Assembly: GCF_009914755.1 (NCBI RefSeq)
Contig: NC_060935.1
Length of the DNA: 64,000 nucleotides
Origin: the human T2T-CHM13v2.0 reference genome, Homo sapiens
Direction: 5' to 3' (one strand)
The notes beneath the pieces are model-generated. The model did no database searches and was not told the DNA's origin. It saw only the letters and a program-made list of their open reading frames with translations. Below, piece by piece: positions 1 through 18,644 of this stretch (the first letter of the stretch is position 1; the number at the start of each line of letters is the position of its first letter). The position numbers and the translations under genes were made by a program.

Positions 1-1534
1 TCTGCACCTGCCTCACCTTCAGAATCAAGAAGTCTCCAGCTCCTCCTGCCTCCCCCTGGGACCTGCCCTTCTCCCAGCCCTTAGTGGGAGACAGAACCCC
101 ATACCTATTGAGGATGTGAAGAGCTCAGACCTCTGGAGGATTAGAGAGCAGGGCTTCTAGGAAGTCTCTCATCCCAGGGATCTTGCTGACTCAGTAGCTT
201 TCCTGCCCCTCCTGCCATGCCCGCCCAACCTCAGTAGCTGCTGGAGGGGATTTGTATGCCATCAGGATTTTGTAAAGAAAAGAGGGTGTGTGTTGGTAAG
301 GAAGGAAGAAGCCAACATTTATTAAGGTCCTATTGTGTGGCAGGCACATTCGCAAGCATCGCTTCCGGCCAGCCCTTGGCCCTGTGAGGTGCACTTGCAT
401 TGAGCCGTCATTGTGGGGATGAAATATGGTGCAGCCCGGGAGACTCCTGAGGGACAAGTCAGCAGTGTGAGGAGGGGACAGAGGCCAGCCTGGTTTCCCA
501 GCACAAAGAAAGAGGAGCCTGGGGGCAGGGAGCATCCAGCTTGGGGAGGGCCTACAGATCAGGGGTGGAGTTTGACTTCTTTCTGGGAGTTTGACTTCTT
601 TCTGGGACAGCAGGAAGCGCGTTAAAGGGCCAGGCGAGTTTGAGAGAGGATCAAATGAACTCTTCGGAAGGACATGGCCGTTGAGTGGAGATGGGGGTCA
701 GAGGGACCTCCATAAGGCTCCTTCCACTCGTGGGACCTTGAGCTGGACAGGCTGTGCGGTAGCCCTGTCGTTTGTCTACACGCGAAATATCTCTACAGCA
801 CGTTCTTACCACGATCTGATTCCCTGTAAAATCCCCAGGAGGGGGCAGCACAGGCCTCAGTCTCCCCTTTGGGAGAGAGGTCCAGGGAACACCACAGGCT
901 TCCCCAAGACCACCCCAGGATGAGTCACTGGGCCAGGATTGGAATCCAGACTCCGTAGGCGGTCTGCTGCCAGGACTCTGGGTCCTGGGAGGGAAGAGGC
1001 CGGAAGGCCAGGGCCCAGCCCGGGTCAGCAAGCACCCATCACCCGAGCATTGCCCGGCTGGCCCGGCTCAAAATAGCTTTCCAGACACAAGGAAATATTT
1101 TATCCCACTCCGTTTTCCCACACAAAAAAAATAAACATCCCCAAATCTCAATGGGGCCAGACTCCGAAGAGGGGGGAAGGGGAACAAGAACATGGCTGGC
1201 TGCCCACTGAGAAGTCCGGTATTTGTCCTTTTAGTTCCTTTCTTGGGGTCAAGACTTTGCTTCCTGATATGAGCGTGGAGACTCCCACTGCTTTCCCAGT
1301 GGGGACTGGCTTTCCCTTGGTGTTAGGCTGCCCTTTCCCAGGGGTCACACACCTCAGACATTGTGATGCAGATGGGACAGCTGCAGGGACCATACATGGA
1401 AGGGTTAAGAAGCATATGACACAGCTCTGCCCTTGACGGGCTTACACGCCACTGGGAGGCATGGCTGGGCTTCCTCTCTCCCTGAGGAGCTCTTGGACAC
1501 TGGGGAAGAGAAGACTAATATTTCCTGAGAGCCA

Positions 1535-1725
1535 ACTGTGTGCCTGGTACACACCAGGCTCTTCCAAAGACACAATCCCATTTGACCCTCACCATAAGCC
1601 TTTGAGGCAGGTGAGGCTATGAGGCTATTATCACTTCCCATTTTACAGATGAAGAAACTGAGACTTGGGGCAGGCATGATCTGTGCAAGGTTTCAGAACC
1701 AGGGAATGGTAGACCGAGGACTTGA
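1535..1725 (-). mobile_element. MIR SINE fragment (representative of many MIRs in the window)
   Basis: Core motif cccattttacagatgaagaaactgag at ~1637-1662. Confidence 0.75.
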
Positions 1726-1914
1726 TTTTACACAGGTGGCTGTAAGGCTGCACTTGGCGTCATGCTGGCATTGGTAGGGCCCACCTGGAGGCTGGTGGGT
1801 GGTGAAATGAGCCGGGGCTTGCTTGCGCACAGAGCTCCCGTTCTTCCCTTGGGTTGTGGTAAACCCAGTCCCTAGTGTCCCAGGACCTGACTGGGAAGGC
1901 AGAAATGAGGCTGC

Positions 1915-2160
1915 TGTTATGGATTGAATTGTGTTCCCCTAAAAGGTAAGTTGAAGTCCTACCACCCCCGACATACCTGTGAATGTAACCCTATTTGGAA
2001 GTAAGTTCTTTGCAGATGTAATCGAGTTAAAATGAGGTCATTAGGAAGGGCCTCATCCAAGATGACTGGTGTCCCTATATGAAGAGGGAAGGACAAATTG
2101 TTTTGTTTTCATCCTCCCAGTGTGGGGTACTTTGTTATGGCAGCCTCAGGCCATCTATAC
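1915..2160 (+). mobile_element. MLT1 (ERVL-MaLR) solo LTR, internally deleted
   Basis: Starts tgttatggattgaattgtgttcccc, contains tttgcagatgtaat..aaaatgaggtca, ends gtactttgttatggcagcc. Confidence 0.8.
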
Positions 2161-2376
2161 AGCTGGGGTCTGCCTGGGGGTCCCTCAGCCTCCTTAGGCA
2201 AAAAGGTGACCTGGAACCTGTGGGAGAGGTGCAGGGGCCAGGGCTCAGTCCTCAGCTCTGTGAGGGGAAGAGCTTTCTCCCAGTCGCAGCATCCCAGAGG
2301 AGGGGCCTTCTGAGGTGCCGAGGGCCACGTGGCAGGAGTGTGTATATGGAGGAGAGGATGGCCGTTTGATGAAGGT

Positions 2377-5207
<2,831 letters not shown>

Positions 5208-6028
5208 TGGTATATATTCTTATAAAAAATTTTCAGTGGATAGACCAACACACATGCACACACATATAATTTATTTATATATACATTATGACAGAATCAT
5301 TCCTCATATACTGTTCTGACATTAACTTTTTCACTTAGAAATAGGTCTAAATATATTTTCATGGTGGAAAAATAGAACAGACTCATTAAAAAAAAACAAA
5401 ACCTGCACGGTATCCCATTTTAGAGAAGTACTCAAATATAGTCAACCAATTCCTTACTGAGGTACGTTGGTGTTGTTTCCAATGGCTCATTTTTTTAAAT
5501 TAATTCTGCTTCCAGTAATAAATTACCCTCCAGAAAGATTGTACCCACTAGCACTGTATCACACTGCCTTTTGGATCACATGGGCACCAACACAGGGTAT
5601 TTTAAACAAAATAAACAGATACAGTAAAGATAAAGCAAAGAACACCATAGGCATTGTGTATATGCCACCCACACATTTACTACACGTTTGCCACACATTT
5701 ACTACATTAGCTTTTTATTAAATTTGCTTTGGAATTTTAAAAAAAATATTAAGGAAATTTCAAACATACACAAAAGTAAAGTAAATGGTATCATGAACCC
5801 ATCACCCAACTTCAACAATGATCAGTTCATGGCTGCATCCATCTACATTCCCAGCCCCAGATTATTTTGATGCAGATGCCAGACACCATATAATTTCATC
5901 TATAAATACTTCAGAAAGCCTCTCTAAAACATAGACTCTTTCATACTTTAAACAATCAAATATTTTCTAATATAATATGATATCCAAATATATCAAATTC
6001 CCTTGGTTGTCTTAAAAAAAAATAATTT

Positions 6029-6352
<324 letters not shown>

Positions 6353-6361
6353 TTTATTTGC

Positions 6362-6680
6362 AAGATTGGGAAAATGTTGGTCCAAGGACACAAAATTTCA
6401 TTTAGGCAATAGGAAGAGTTTCTAACATCTGTGCTACATCATGGTGACCATTGTTAGTAATGATACATTGTACATTTGCAAATTGCTAAGAGAGTAGATT
6501 TTAAATGTACTCACAACAAAAAATGATAAGTATGTGAGGTAATGCGTATGTTAAATAGCTTGATTTAACCATCCCACAATGTATACATAGATCAAAACAT
6601 CATGTTGTACAGCATAAATATACATAATTTTTGTCAGTTAAAAAATGTTGCTTAAATAAGTATTGTCAATTAAAAAATAA
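6362..6680 (+). mobile_element. L1MA 3' end
   Basis: aaattgctaagagagtagattttaaatg..atgataagtatgtgaggtaatg..atcaaaacatcatgttgtac. Confidence 0.85.
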
Positions 6681-6870
6681 TTCATTTTCTTGAATAAGTA
6701 TTCAGAATAAAATCCAGACATTGTCTTTGCGACTCTTAAGTTTATTTTTTTAAATTTTGTAACAATCACAAACTTACAGAAAAGTTGCAAGTACATTACA
6801 AAGAGCTTTTCTTCTCCTGACTCTTTTGAGAAGTGAGTTGCAGACCTGGTTCCCTGTCACTAACCAAATC

Positions 6871-7011
6871 TTTTTTTTTTTTTTTTTTTTTTTTTGAGAT
6901 AAGGTCTTACAATATTGCCTAGGCTGGTCTCAAACTTCTGGCCTCAAGCAATCCTCCTGCCTCGGCCTCCCAAAGTGCTGGGATTATATGTGTGAGCTAC
7001 CAGGCCCAGCC
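6871..7011 (-). mobile_element. FLAM / Alu left monomer
   Basis: Single monomer with long poly-T; TSD ccaaatcttt on both sides. Confidence 0.85.
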
Positions 7012-8954
7012 TCCCCAAATCTTTAATGCTTCCTACAAACAAGGACCGTCTTCTCTATAATTATAATATAACCATCAAACCCAGAGATTAACATGGACTC
7101 ATTACTATCATCTACTCCCCAGATACCATTCAAGTCTTGCCACTCATCTCAACAATGACTTTTATTGTCAAAGGATCTAGTTCAGATGCACACACCATAT
7201 TGTATTTTAGTTGTCTTGTTCCTTTAGTATCTTTCAGCCTGGAAACGTTACTCAACTTTCCTTGAAATTTTTGAAGTTATTTTGTAGTCTATCCCTCAGT
7301 TTGAATTTGCCGATGTTTTATCATGATTGTACGTCTTTGCAAAGTCTATAATTGTGCATCTTTGCATAGTATATGAATACTATGCATCTTCAGTAGGAAT
7401 ATCATGGAAGTGATACTGTGTTTTTTCTCATTGCTTCTTATCAGGTGGTGTGTGATTTTAATTGGTCCCATAACTGATGATTCAGGTGATGTCTACCAGT
7501 CTTCTCACTGTAAAGTTACTCTTTTCTCCTTTGTGATTTTTATAGATAGTTTGAAACGATGCAAATATCTCATTCCTCATCAAACTTTCAATTTATCCTT
7601 TAGTTTACATCAGTATGGATTTATGATTTTCTATTTTATTCAATGGGTCATAATCTCTTACTACCATTACTTATTTTTAAGCTCAAAATGTCCCCAGTTT
7701 GGCCAGTGGGAGTCTCTTTAAGCTGGCTCCTGCATCCTTTTGAGAAATACCCATAATTCTTTGGGCACATCCTTACTTTCTGGCATTACAAGATGTTCCA
7801 GGCTGATTTTGTACTTTTCCTGTCCCAATCCTGTAATTAGGCATTCTCTAAGAAATGCAAAACGGTGATATTCTAATTATATTTTTTATTTATTAGCCAG
7901 AATTCCTTTATTTAAAAAACAACTTCCTTTTATCAACTACATTAGTTCATTTCCTTGAGTGCAGTTTAAATAGCAAGTCAGGATAAATATTTGAGTGTTT
8001 CTCATTACTTACCAGTTTTAATAATAATGAGTTAGTTTTCTAGCCTTCTCCAAAGGTAATCAGTAAAGTATTTTTTAGTAGTATAATAAACTTATTCATT
8101 TTTAAGTATGTCAATCTATTTGTCATTATTTTTATTGATGTTCAAATTGTCCCAACTTTGGCCAGTGGGAACCTGTTTTGAAAATTTACATATGAATCCG
8201 ATCATGAGAAAACAAATCCACACTGAGTTTTTTTCACAGTGAAAAGAACATTGGGAATTTTGTTTGGGATTACATTGACTCTACAGGTCAATTTGGGGAA
8301 AACTGACATCCTCGAGACAGTGAGCCTTCCTGTTCATGAACATGGTATACGTCTCTGTTTATTTAGGTCTCCTTTATTGTCTTTCAGTAAAATTTTATTC
8401 AAGATCTTTTATATCTTTTGCTAGATTTATTCCAAGATATTTTGTATGTTTATTGCTAATACCAATTATATCCTTTTTAAAATGCATTTTTTAAACTGAA
8501 GAAGTGGTAATATATAGAAGTGCAATTGACTTTTGCATATTGATTTGATGTCAGACATTGCTAAACTCTCTTCGGTCTAATAATCTTTAGATTATTTTGC
8601 TTTTCTAGGTAGAAAAGTATATCATCTATGAAAAATGACAGTTTTATTTCTTTCTTTTCAATCCTTATTATTTTATTTCTTGTCTTAATTTTTTTCCAGA
8701 ATATCTAGAACAAAGTTGAATAGAAATAGCAATAGTAGGCATACTTGTCTTATTCTTGATTTTAAAAGGAATACTTTTATGTTTCAGAATTTAGTAAGAT
8801 GTTTTCTATAGGTTTTTAAAAAAAATAGATGTTAGATTTAGAAGGTTTCTTTATATTACTTATTTGCTAAGAGTTTTGTTTTTAATCATAAATGGATATC
8901 AAATTTTATCAAATTTATATGTATGTATGTATCTATACACATGGTTTTTTTACT

Positions 8955-9261
8955 TGTTTTTGTTTTTTCTTAAAGACAGGGTCTCCCTCTGACACCCAGG
9001 CTGGAGTGCAGTGGTGCAATCATAGCTCACTATAACCTTGAACTCTCAAATTCCTGGACTCAAGTGATCTTCTCACCTCAGCTTCCTGGGTAGCTAGGAC
9101 TACAGGCATATGCCACCATGCCCAGCTGAGTTTTAAGTTTTTTGTAGAGACAAGTTCTTGCTATGTTGTCCGGGCTGGTCTTGAACTCCTGGCCTCAAGC
9201 AATTCCTCTATTTGGCCTGCCAAAGTTCTGAGATGACAGATTTGAGCCACCACACTTGGTC
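8955..9261 (-). mobile_element. AluJ
   Basis: aatcatagctcact, ctcaagtgatcttctcacc; dimeric structure. Confidence 0.85.
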
Positions 9262-12200
9262 TATATTTTTTGAAATAATTCTATGGGTTTTTTTCTCTTT
9301 AATTTGTTAATAAAAAGCAATAATTCATTTACAGATTTTTCTAATGTTGAACTTGGTGGTCAGAGACCATGGTTTGTATAAACTGAGTCTTTGGAATTTG
9401 TTGAGACTTGCTTTATGGCCTCACCCATTATGCAAAAGTGGTCCATATGTGCTTCAAAATGGGTATATTCTCCAGTCATTGAGCATGAGTTCTATATACA
9501 TGCATTAGGCAACTTCTCAGTGGAGCGGCTAAAGTCTTACTGGTGATTTTTTTCTTTACTTGATCTATCAAATCCTAATAGAGGAGCTTCCACTATTTGC
9601 CTGATATATATAAATATCAGACAAATAAATGTTATGTGTGTATATATATATGCACACTCATATACACATATCTGAAGCTGTGCTATATCATGTGTGTACC
9701 CTCTAAACGGTTTCATTTCTTCCTGGTTAATTGACTCATCATTTTGCAATGGCACACTTTATATAAACATTTATAGTAATGTTTTTGTCTTCAAGTTTGT
9801 TTTGTCTGACATTAATATGAATAGAGCAGATTCCTTTGAGTTAATATTTGTCTGGTGTGTTTTATTTCATCCACTGACTTCTAACTTTTCTGTGTTCTTA
9901 GAGCTGAATTTTTTTGGTGTGCCTACTTTGACCATCTTCATCTTGTTATTGTGATTACTGATGTATTCAAATTATTTCTACCATGTAGCACATAGTAGGT
10001 GCTCAGGAAACGAGCCATTGTCAACCCTGAGGCCTCTAGAAGGCCTGCTGGGAGTGGGGGCTGGGAAGGGAAGTGAGGCTTCTTCTTGGGGCGGGGGTGT
10101 ATGTTGCTATTACCCCCTAGTCCGGGGGGCCTACAGGACATGGGTTTTCCTGAGAAAAGCATGGCGTTTCCAGAAAGCATGGCTGAGAAAACCCCAACCT
10201 AGTCTGAGGCCACATAACTGTTTCCTAGAAACTAGATGTGAGTGAAACTGGCCCGTGCCCGAGTCACAGTTTCCTGTTTTTCATCCACTAGCTAATAAAG
10301 TTATTTCCTTCGTATGCTGCGCGGCTGAGCCGGAAGGCCCCAGCGGCTCAAGGCTTGAGGCTAGCTGTTATCCAGCACCCAGCTCCAAGCAAGGGAGGAA
10401 GCGGCCTGGGCTCCGCTGGGGAGGCGCTTCCTCTCAGTCAGCACTGTCCACGCTTCTCCCCTCCAGGGCGTCCCAGCACTCGCAGCTTCCCTGGGGCTTC
10501 AGAGCCGTCTCCACCCTGACATACTCCAGAACTTCCTCCCTGGGCCTGGAGACCCACCCGCCTGGGCCTCTTGGAAGTCTTCAAGATGTCTCTGACCAGA
10601 TCCTCAAGTCTCTCAGGTCCCGAATGAATCTTATCTTGCCTCGCCCTGTGTCCTTCCTGGCGTTCCTCATCTCTGTGTACCATCACCATCCAGCCAGATT
10701 CTGCTCCGTCAGAATCCAGGGCGTCACCTGACCCCCACTCAGGACCTGCAGGGACCTTGATCTGGGCTCCGACACAGGTTCTACTCACAGCAGCGTGGAG
10801 AGGGCTGGCCTGCCACAGCTCTGCCCCCGTTCCCTGGCAGTGGCTGCAGGGCAGGGAGAGGTCAGATTCCTCCCTGTTCCCTAGTGCCCGCTCAGGGTGT
10901 GGCCTGGCCAGACTGCTGGAGGGTTTGTTGAATGAATGAATGAATCCGCAGGCCTTCTGGAGTCTTCTCCAGGATAACAGCTGCCACCCCAGCTCCCCAA
11001 CCACCCTCCCAGACTGTGGTTTCCAGAGCCCTCTGCCTCCAACCCCTTGCTCAGAACTTGCTTCGGTTTTTGTATTCATCTGCACATGTGGGACCCAGCT
11101 GCAGACACCGTCCAGGTCACTCTTGGGAGTGCAGGGCCCTGGCCTCGGGTGGCATGGTCCTGCACTGGCAGGGTTGGCTCTTGGTGCCAGGGACATTTCA
11201 GTGGGCCATTCATTCTCTTTTCACTCAAACATTTATGGGGCCTGGAACACGTGCCATGCACTGGGGATACAGCGTGACAAAGGTGGACAAGGTACCTCCT
11301 CCCACGAGGCTTACCCACCAGAGCGAGAGCAGAGGACCCAACAACGAACGCCCCGTCCCTGGTGGCATCAGGTGGGCTGGGGCCCCTGCGGTTGAATGTG
11401 TATGGTAGATACGGCCACAGGGTAACAGGGCAGGAGGGCAGTGGGAAGCTTGTGCAGGGAACAGACCCTGCCCCACAGCAGGCTGAGCCGCAGGGCTGAG
11501 TCCAGCCCCCAGAATGGAGTGTGGCAGAAGGATGGAAGCACTGGCCCTGAGGTCCAGGGTCCCCTGCAGATGACCCAAACAGATGATAGAGTGGGGAGGT
11601 CACAGGTGCCGGAGTCAGCCAGCCCCAATACTGAGGACTGTGTGGCTTCGGGCAAGTGGCTCTCTGAGCCCATTTCCTTTTCTGCAGAATGGATGTTAAG
11701 AATCCCCACCTCACTACAGGATAAAATGCACACACATGGGGGCATTTAGCAAAGCCCCTGGCCAATATGCGGGGCTCAAGCTGGGACTCAGCTCCTGTTG
11801 GGAGCCGGCAGTCAGCCCTGGAGCACGGGGCTGAGGCCCGGGTTGCTGACAACCCCCTGCCCTCCACTGCTCTGAGGCCTCTTGCAGCTAAGAGAGCCAA
11901 GGAGGAGGGTCAGGGAGTTCAAAAGGCTTAGGGCTAGGGGGAGAGGAGGGAGGAGGATAGAGTTTTGAATTGGGCATTTGATGTGTATGAAGTCACAAAA
12001 TCCTCAGAAATCTGGGGTCAAGGGTCAAATACATCACCTCCCCCCCACTGCCTTACCATGAGGAAACTGAGGCTCAGAGAGGAAGTGATGTGCCACAGGT
12101 GTATGGAAGAGCTGTGTTTAGATCTAGGGATGCAGGACTCCTGAGCTCATGGCCCTTGTCTTGTGCTGAGGTTGGGGGTTTCAGCCTGGCCCCCCACCTT

Positions 12201-12668
12201 CTTTCTCACAAGCCTTAGCCCCTGGGGTTAACTGAGTGGTCCTCTCTGCCCTGGATATGTGCCCCTGCCTTTTTGAACATCTTATTCATTCTCGATCAGT
12301 TCGTCTTTTGCTTCCGACCTGGCCTGGAGGCCTGCAGGTACATGGTGGACCTTATTCTCACCTTGGCTGGGCTGCTCTACATGCTGGTTTCCTGGATCTG
12401 GAACCAGAGCAAGCTGGAGCTGGAGCAGCCTCTGTGCTGAGCTCCTGGAGAGGGGGCCTGGGCCTGTCTCATCCCTGTGTCTCCAGCACCCAGCCAGGGC
12501 CCTGCTTGAAGGAGCTGGGAAATGCTTGCTGAAGAAGAAAAGGGTCAAGGGTGGGTGGCCTGGGTTACCAGAATGCCCTGAGCGGGTGACAGTTTCTTTA
12601 CTGTCTGAAAGATAATCAAAAATATGGAGCCTGGTGCTGCACAGTCCCAGATGTGATCCCACCTTGAT

Positions 12669-12727
12669 CAGAGCGAGACTCCGTCTCAAAAAAACAAAAA
12701 CAAAAACAAACAAAAAAACCCAAAAAA
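12669..12727 (+). mobile_element. Alu extreme 3' terminus plus A-rich tail (part of a composite insertion)
   Basis: cagagcgagactccgtctc followed by aaaaaaacaaaaacaaaaac... Confidence 0.85.
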
Positions 12728-12912
12728 ACTCTTCAGGAAGTATCTGAGAAGGCAACTTTTATCAAAGTGCCCCAGAACCTAAATGGCAAATCTAAAGGGT
12801 ATGCATGCATTTATATGCATTTATAGAGTTTGCTTCATTTGAAGATGATAAAGAAGCTTTAAATTCCTGTCATAAAAGGTAAATTGGGGGCAGAGCAATC
12901 AGGCTGGAGTTG
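12728..12912 (+). pseudogene. NCL: Nucleolin RRM3 pseudogene fragment
   Basis: Translates TLQEVSEKATFIKVPQNLNGKSKGYA..FIEFASFEDDKEALNSCHKR*IGGRAIRLEL, versus nucleolin RRM3 as I recall it (TLQEVFEKATFIKVPQNQNGKSKGYAFIEFASFEDAKEALNSCNKREIEGRAIRLEL). 14-bp frameshifting duplication near 12802-12820 and TAA at 12880-12882. Confidence 0.92.
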
Positions 12913-12959
12913 AGATCCCACCTTGGCCACAGTGTAGGAGTGTGTGACCAAGTCTGTGT

Positions 12960-13080
12960 AACATCGAGTTTACCACTTTAACCCCTTTTGAGTGCACAAT
13001 TCCATGGCATGAAGCACATTCACGTTGTTGTGAAACTATCACCATTATCCATCTCTAAACTCTTTCATCATCCCAAACTT
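12960..13080 (-). mobile_element. L1MB 3' end fragment
   Basis: acattcacgttgttgtgaaactatcaccattatccatctctaaactctttcatcatcccaaac. Confidence 0.7.
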
Positions 13081-15084
13081 TTGACAGTTTTTCTGGTCAT
13101 GTGCCCTAAGGTGAGTGAACTCCCTTCCTTGGAACCTCAGCGTCTCATTTCTGTACCAGGGAGAGAGCTCCCTGCCTCCCGGGTGCCGGGAGACTCACCT
13201 CCTTCAGGTGAGTGGGCATGGCCAGGCTTCCAAGTCAAGGGGGGGTGCACCCAGGAATGGTTCTATTGTTCCCCTGTTGGTTGGCACTTCCCACAGGGCG
13301 GGGTTGTTTGTAATGATAAGGATAATTATGGTACAATCATAAGGAGCGTTAAGAGGGGAGGGCCCCAGTGGCCGGGAGCAGGGAGACCTGGGTCCTAAAC
13401 CGCTCTGCCAAGTAGCTGCGTTCTTCCTTGTATCTTCCTTGCATCTGGTTCTTCCTTGTACAGAGAGGGGTGACAAGGGTCCCCCTTGCATCTTCTTGCA
13501 GTGCCCAAAGGCCCTTCTCCTCCATGATCAACCTAACTCCTCACCTCACCTAGGCCAGGAGGCTGGGTGAGGGTCAGTTCCTGTGAGTGAGAGTGGAGAA
13601 TCCAGATGCTTCTGAGGCCCTCTGCTCCCTGAACATGATCGTGTTCTTGTCCATCAAGTCCAAAACCTTGTGGACAAGGGGTCCTGGCTTTCTCCTATTC
13701 ATTCACTCACTCGAGTATTCACTCGTATACTTAATGGGCCCTTGTCTGTGCCAGGCCTTGTCTTGGGCCAGGTTTGGGGGCCACAGAGATGCATCAGGCC
13801 TGGTGCCTCCCTCTCCCCATCTGGTGGGAGGTCAGAGCCAGGTATAGACAGGATGGCTCAGTGCTGGGCCTGCAGGGGAGAGATGAAGCCTGGTGACATC
13901 TACTCCGCAGAGGGGCGGAGTGGGCACGGCCTGGGGTGTGGACATGCTGCGGCAGGTGCCCAACTCTCCAGCTCTGTTTGCAAAACAGGGATGAAGAACG
14001 GCAACTGCAAGGGCAGATGAGGTGGTGCAGGTGAAGAACTTAGCTCCGTAGCTCAGTAATCTGCACTCTGATCACGAGCACCCCACGAGGCTGAATCTGT
14101 GGACCCCACTGGGAAATGCTGCATTTGTGGGTCCTTCCATCTGTCAGCCACACCCTTCCTAGCATCTGTTGGAACAAAGCACGTTTCGGGCCCAGTGTTG
14201 CATACATCACACAAAAGCGAGCTGCTCCGTTCTGCGAGGGACTTCTTGAGAAGCCTTACAGATGCTTATCTCCACTTCAGCTGTGGTTCTCAGAAGGGAC
14301 CTACTGTTGGTTGAACATAAACCTTAGGTCCCGGACACAGAGCATAAGGCTCAGGCCCCTCCCTCCAGATCCTTTGTCTAGGGGGCAGACGACAGGTGTG
14401 GAGCTGCAGGTGGCCTGCTCTGTGTGTGGTTCACAGTGTGGCCCCAGCCCTGCACCCAACAGGGGCTGCGGAGGTGTTGGACAGAGACATTGGCTCCATC
14501 TCATGGAGGGAAGGTAGGATGGAAACTGAAATAAAGAACCATTTTGGCCAACCCTGATGTTTCTTCTCACACCACCACCACTGCATGCACACAGACACAT
14601 GGACACACAAAGGATTTAGTTGTTATATCTACAGTTCTCATTTACAGATGTGGAAACTGCAGCTCCACAGCTCTGACCTCTTCCAGATTTTACCTTAAAG
14701 CCACAGGGCTGGAAATCTCCATCGTCTTCTCTGTTGCAAGCCATCAGGCAGTCCCTGGGAAAGTGGTGGTTTGGTAATCCCCACGTCTCCCACAGCCACC
14801 ACCTGGGAATGACCCTCCTCTCTCAGGTACAGCCCAGGTCCACAGGCACCTCTTTACCTTGGGTGTGGCACTGGGGACAAAGCCTCTTTGTTGTATTGTT
14901 TGCCCCCACCTGACCCCGCCCTCAGCAGCTTGGATCTGGGGCATACTTGTGGCAACTGTGCCAGCCAAGTGTGGGGTTGCTGATGAGGCAGCAGAGCCCA
15001 TGTGTCCACAGACTTAGCATGCAGCTCCCAGCCCTCCCTGCACAGCAGATCCACTTGGAAGCTTATAAAAAATATCCCAATGCC

Positions 15085-17654
<2,570 letters not shown>

Positions 17655-17733
17655 ATCCCAATGTCAGGGTCTCACCCCAGACCAATTAAACCAGAGTCTC
17701 TCAGGATGGGGCCCAGGCACTGGTATTTTATGA

Positions 17734-18100
<367 letters not shown>

Positions 18101-18201
18101 TAATGCAGTCCTAATGGTCATGGCAGCAGGGCCTGGCCTGCACAGTAATTTGCACTGATCCTCCACCCTCCCTGCACCCCAACAGGTTTTATATTATCTC
18201 A

Positions 18202-18644
18202 TGTCATGGGTTGAATCACATCCACAAAAATTCAAACGTTGAAATCCTGACCCCCAGAGCCTCAGAATGTGACCTTTTCGGAGATGGGATCTTTACAGAG
18301 GTCATCCAGGTAAAATGAGGTCATCAGAGTAGGCCTTTGTCCAATAAAACTGTCCTTGTAGGAAGGGGAAATTTGGAGACAGACACACAGGGAGAACCCT
18401 GTGTGAAAACGGAGGCAGAGACTGGAGTGATGCTCTCACAGGCCACGGGACGCGGAGGACTGCCAGCGAGCACCAGGAGGCAGGGAGAGGCGCAGGATGG
18501 GCGCTTCCTCTCAGCTCTCGGGAGGAAGCCCCTGGTGACATCTGGACCTTGGGCTGCAGCCTCCAGAACTCTGAGAGGACACCTCCCTGTCGTTTCTGCC
18601 CAGTGTGTGGCACTGTGCTATGGCAGCCCTGGCAAATGGATCCA
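18202..18644 (+). mobile_element. MLT1B/C solo LTR
   Basis: tgtcatgggttgaat..cctcagaatgtgacc..ggaggcagagactggagtgatg..agcctccagaact..tatggcagccctgg. Confidence 0.85.

Noticed and set aside
10438-11900. Longest ORFs (252 and 274 aa, minus strand)
   Set aside because: No recognisable domain, they cross L2/MIR fragments, and their composition is typical of chance GC-rich frames.
12728-12912. Functional NCL exon
   Set aside because: Frameshifting duplication, in-frame TAA, no splice acceptor (preceded by an A-rich Alu tail), and no other NCL sequence in the window.
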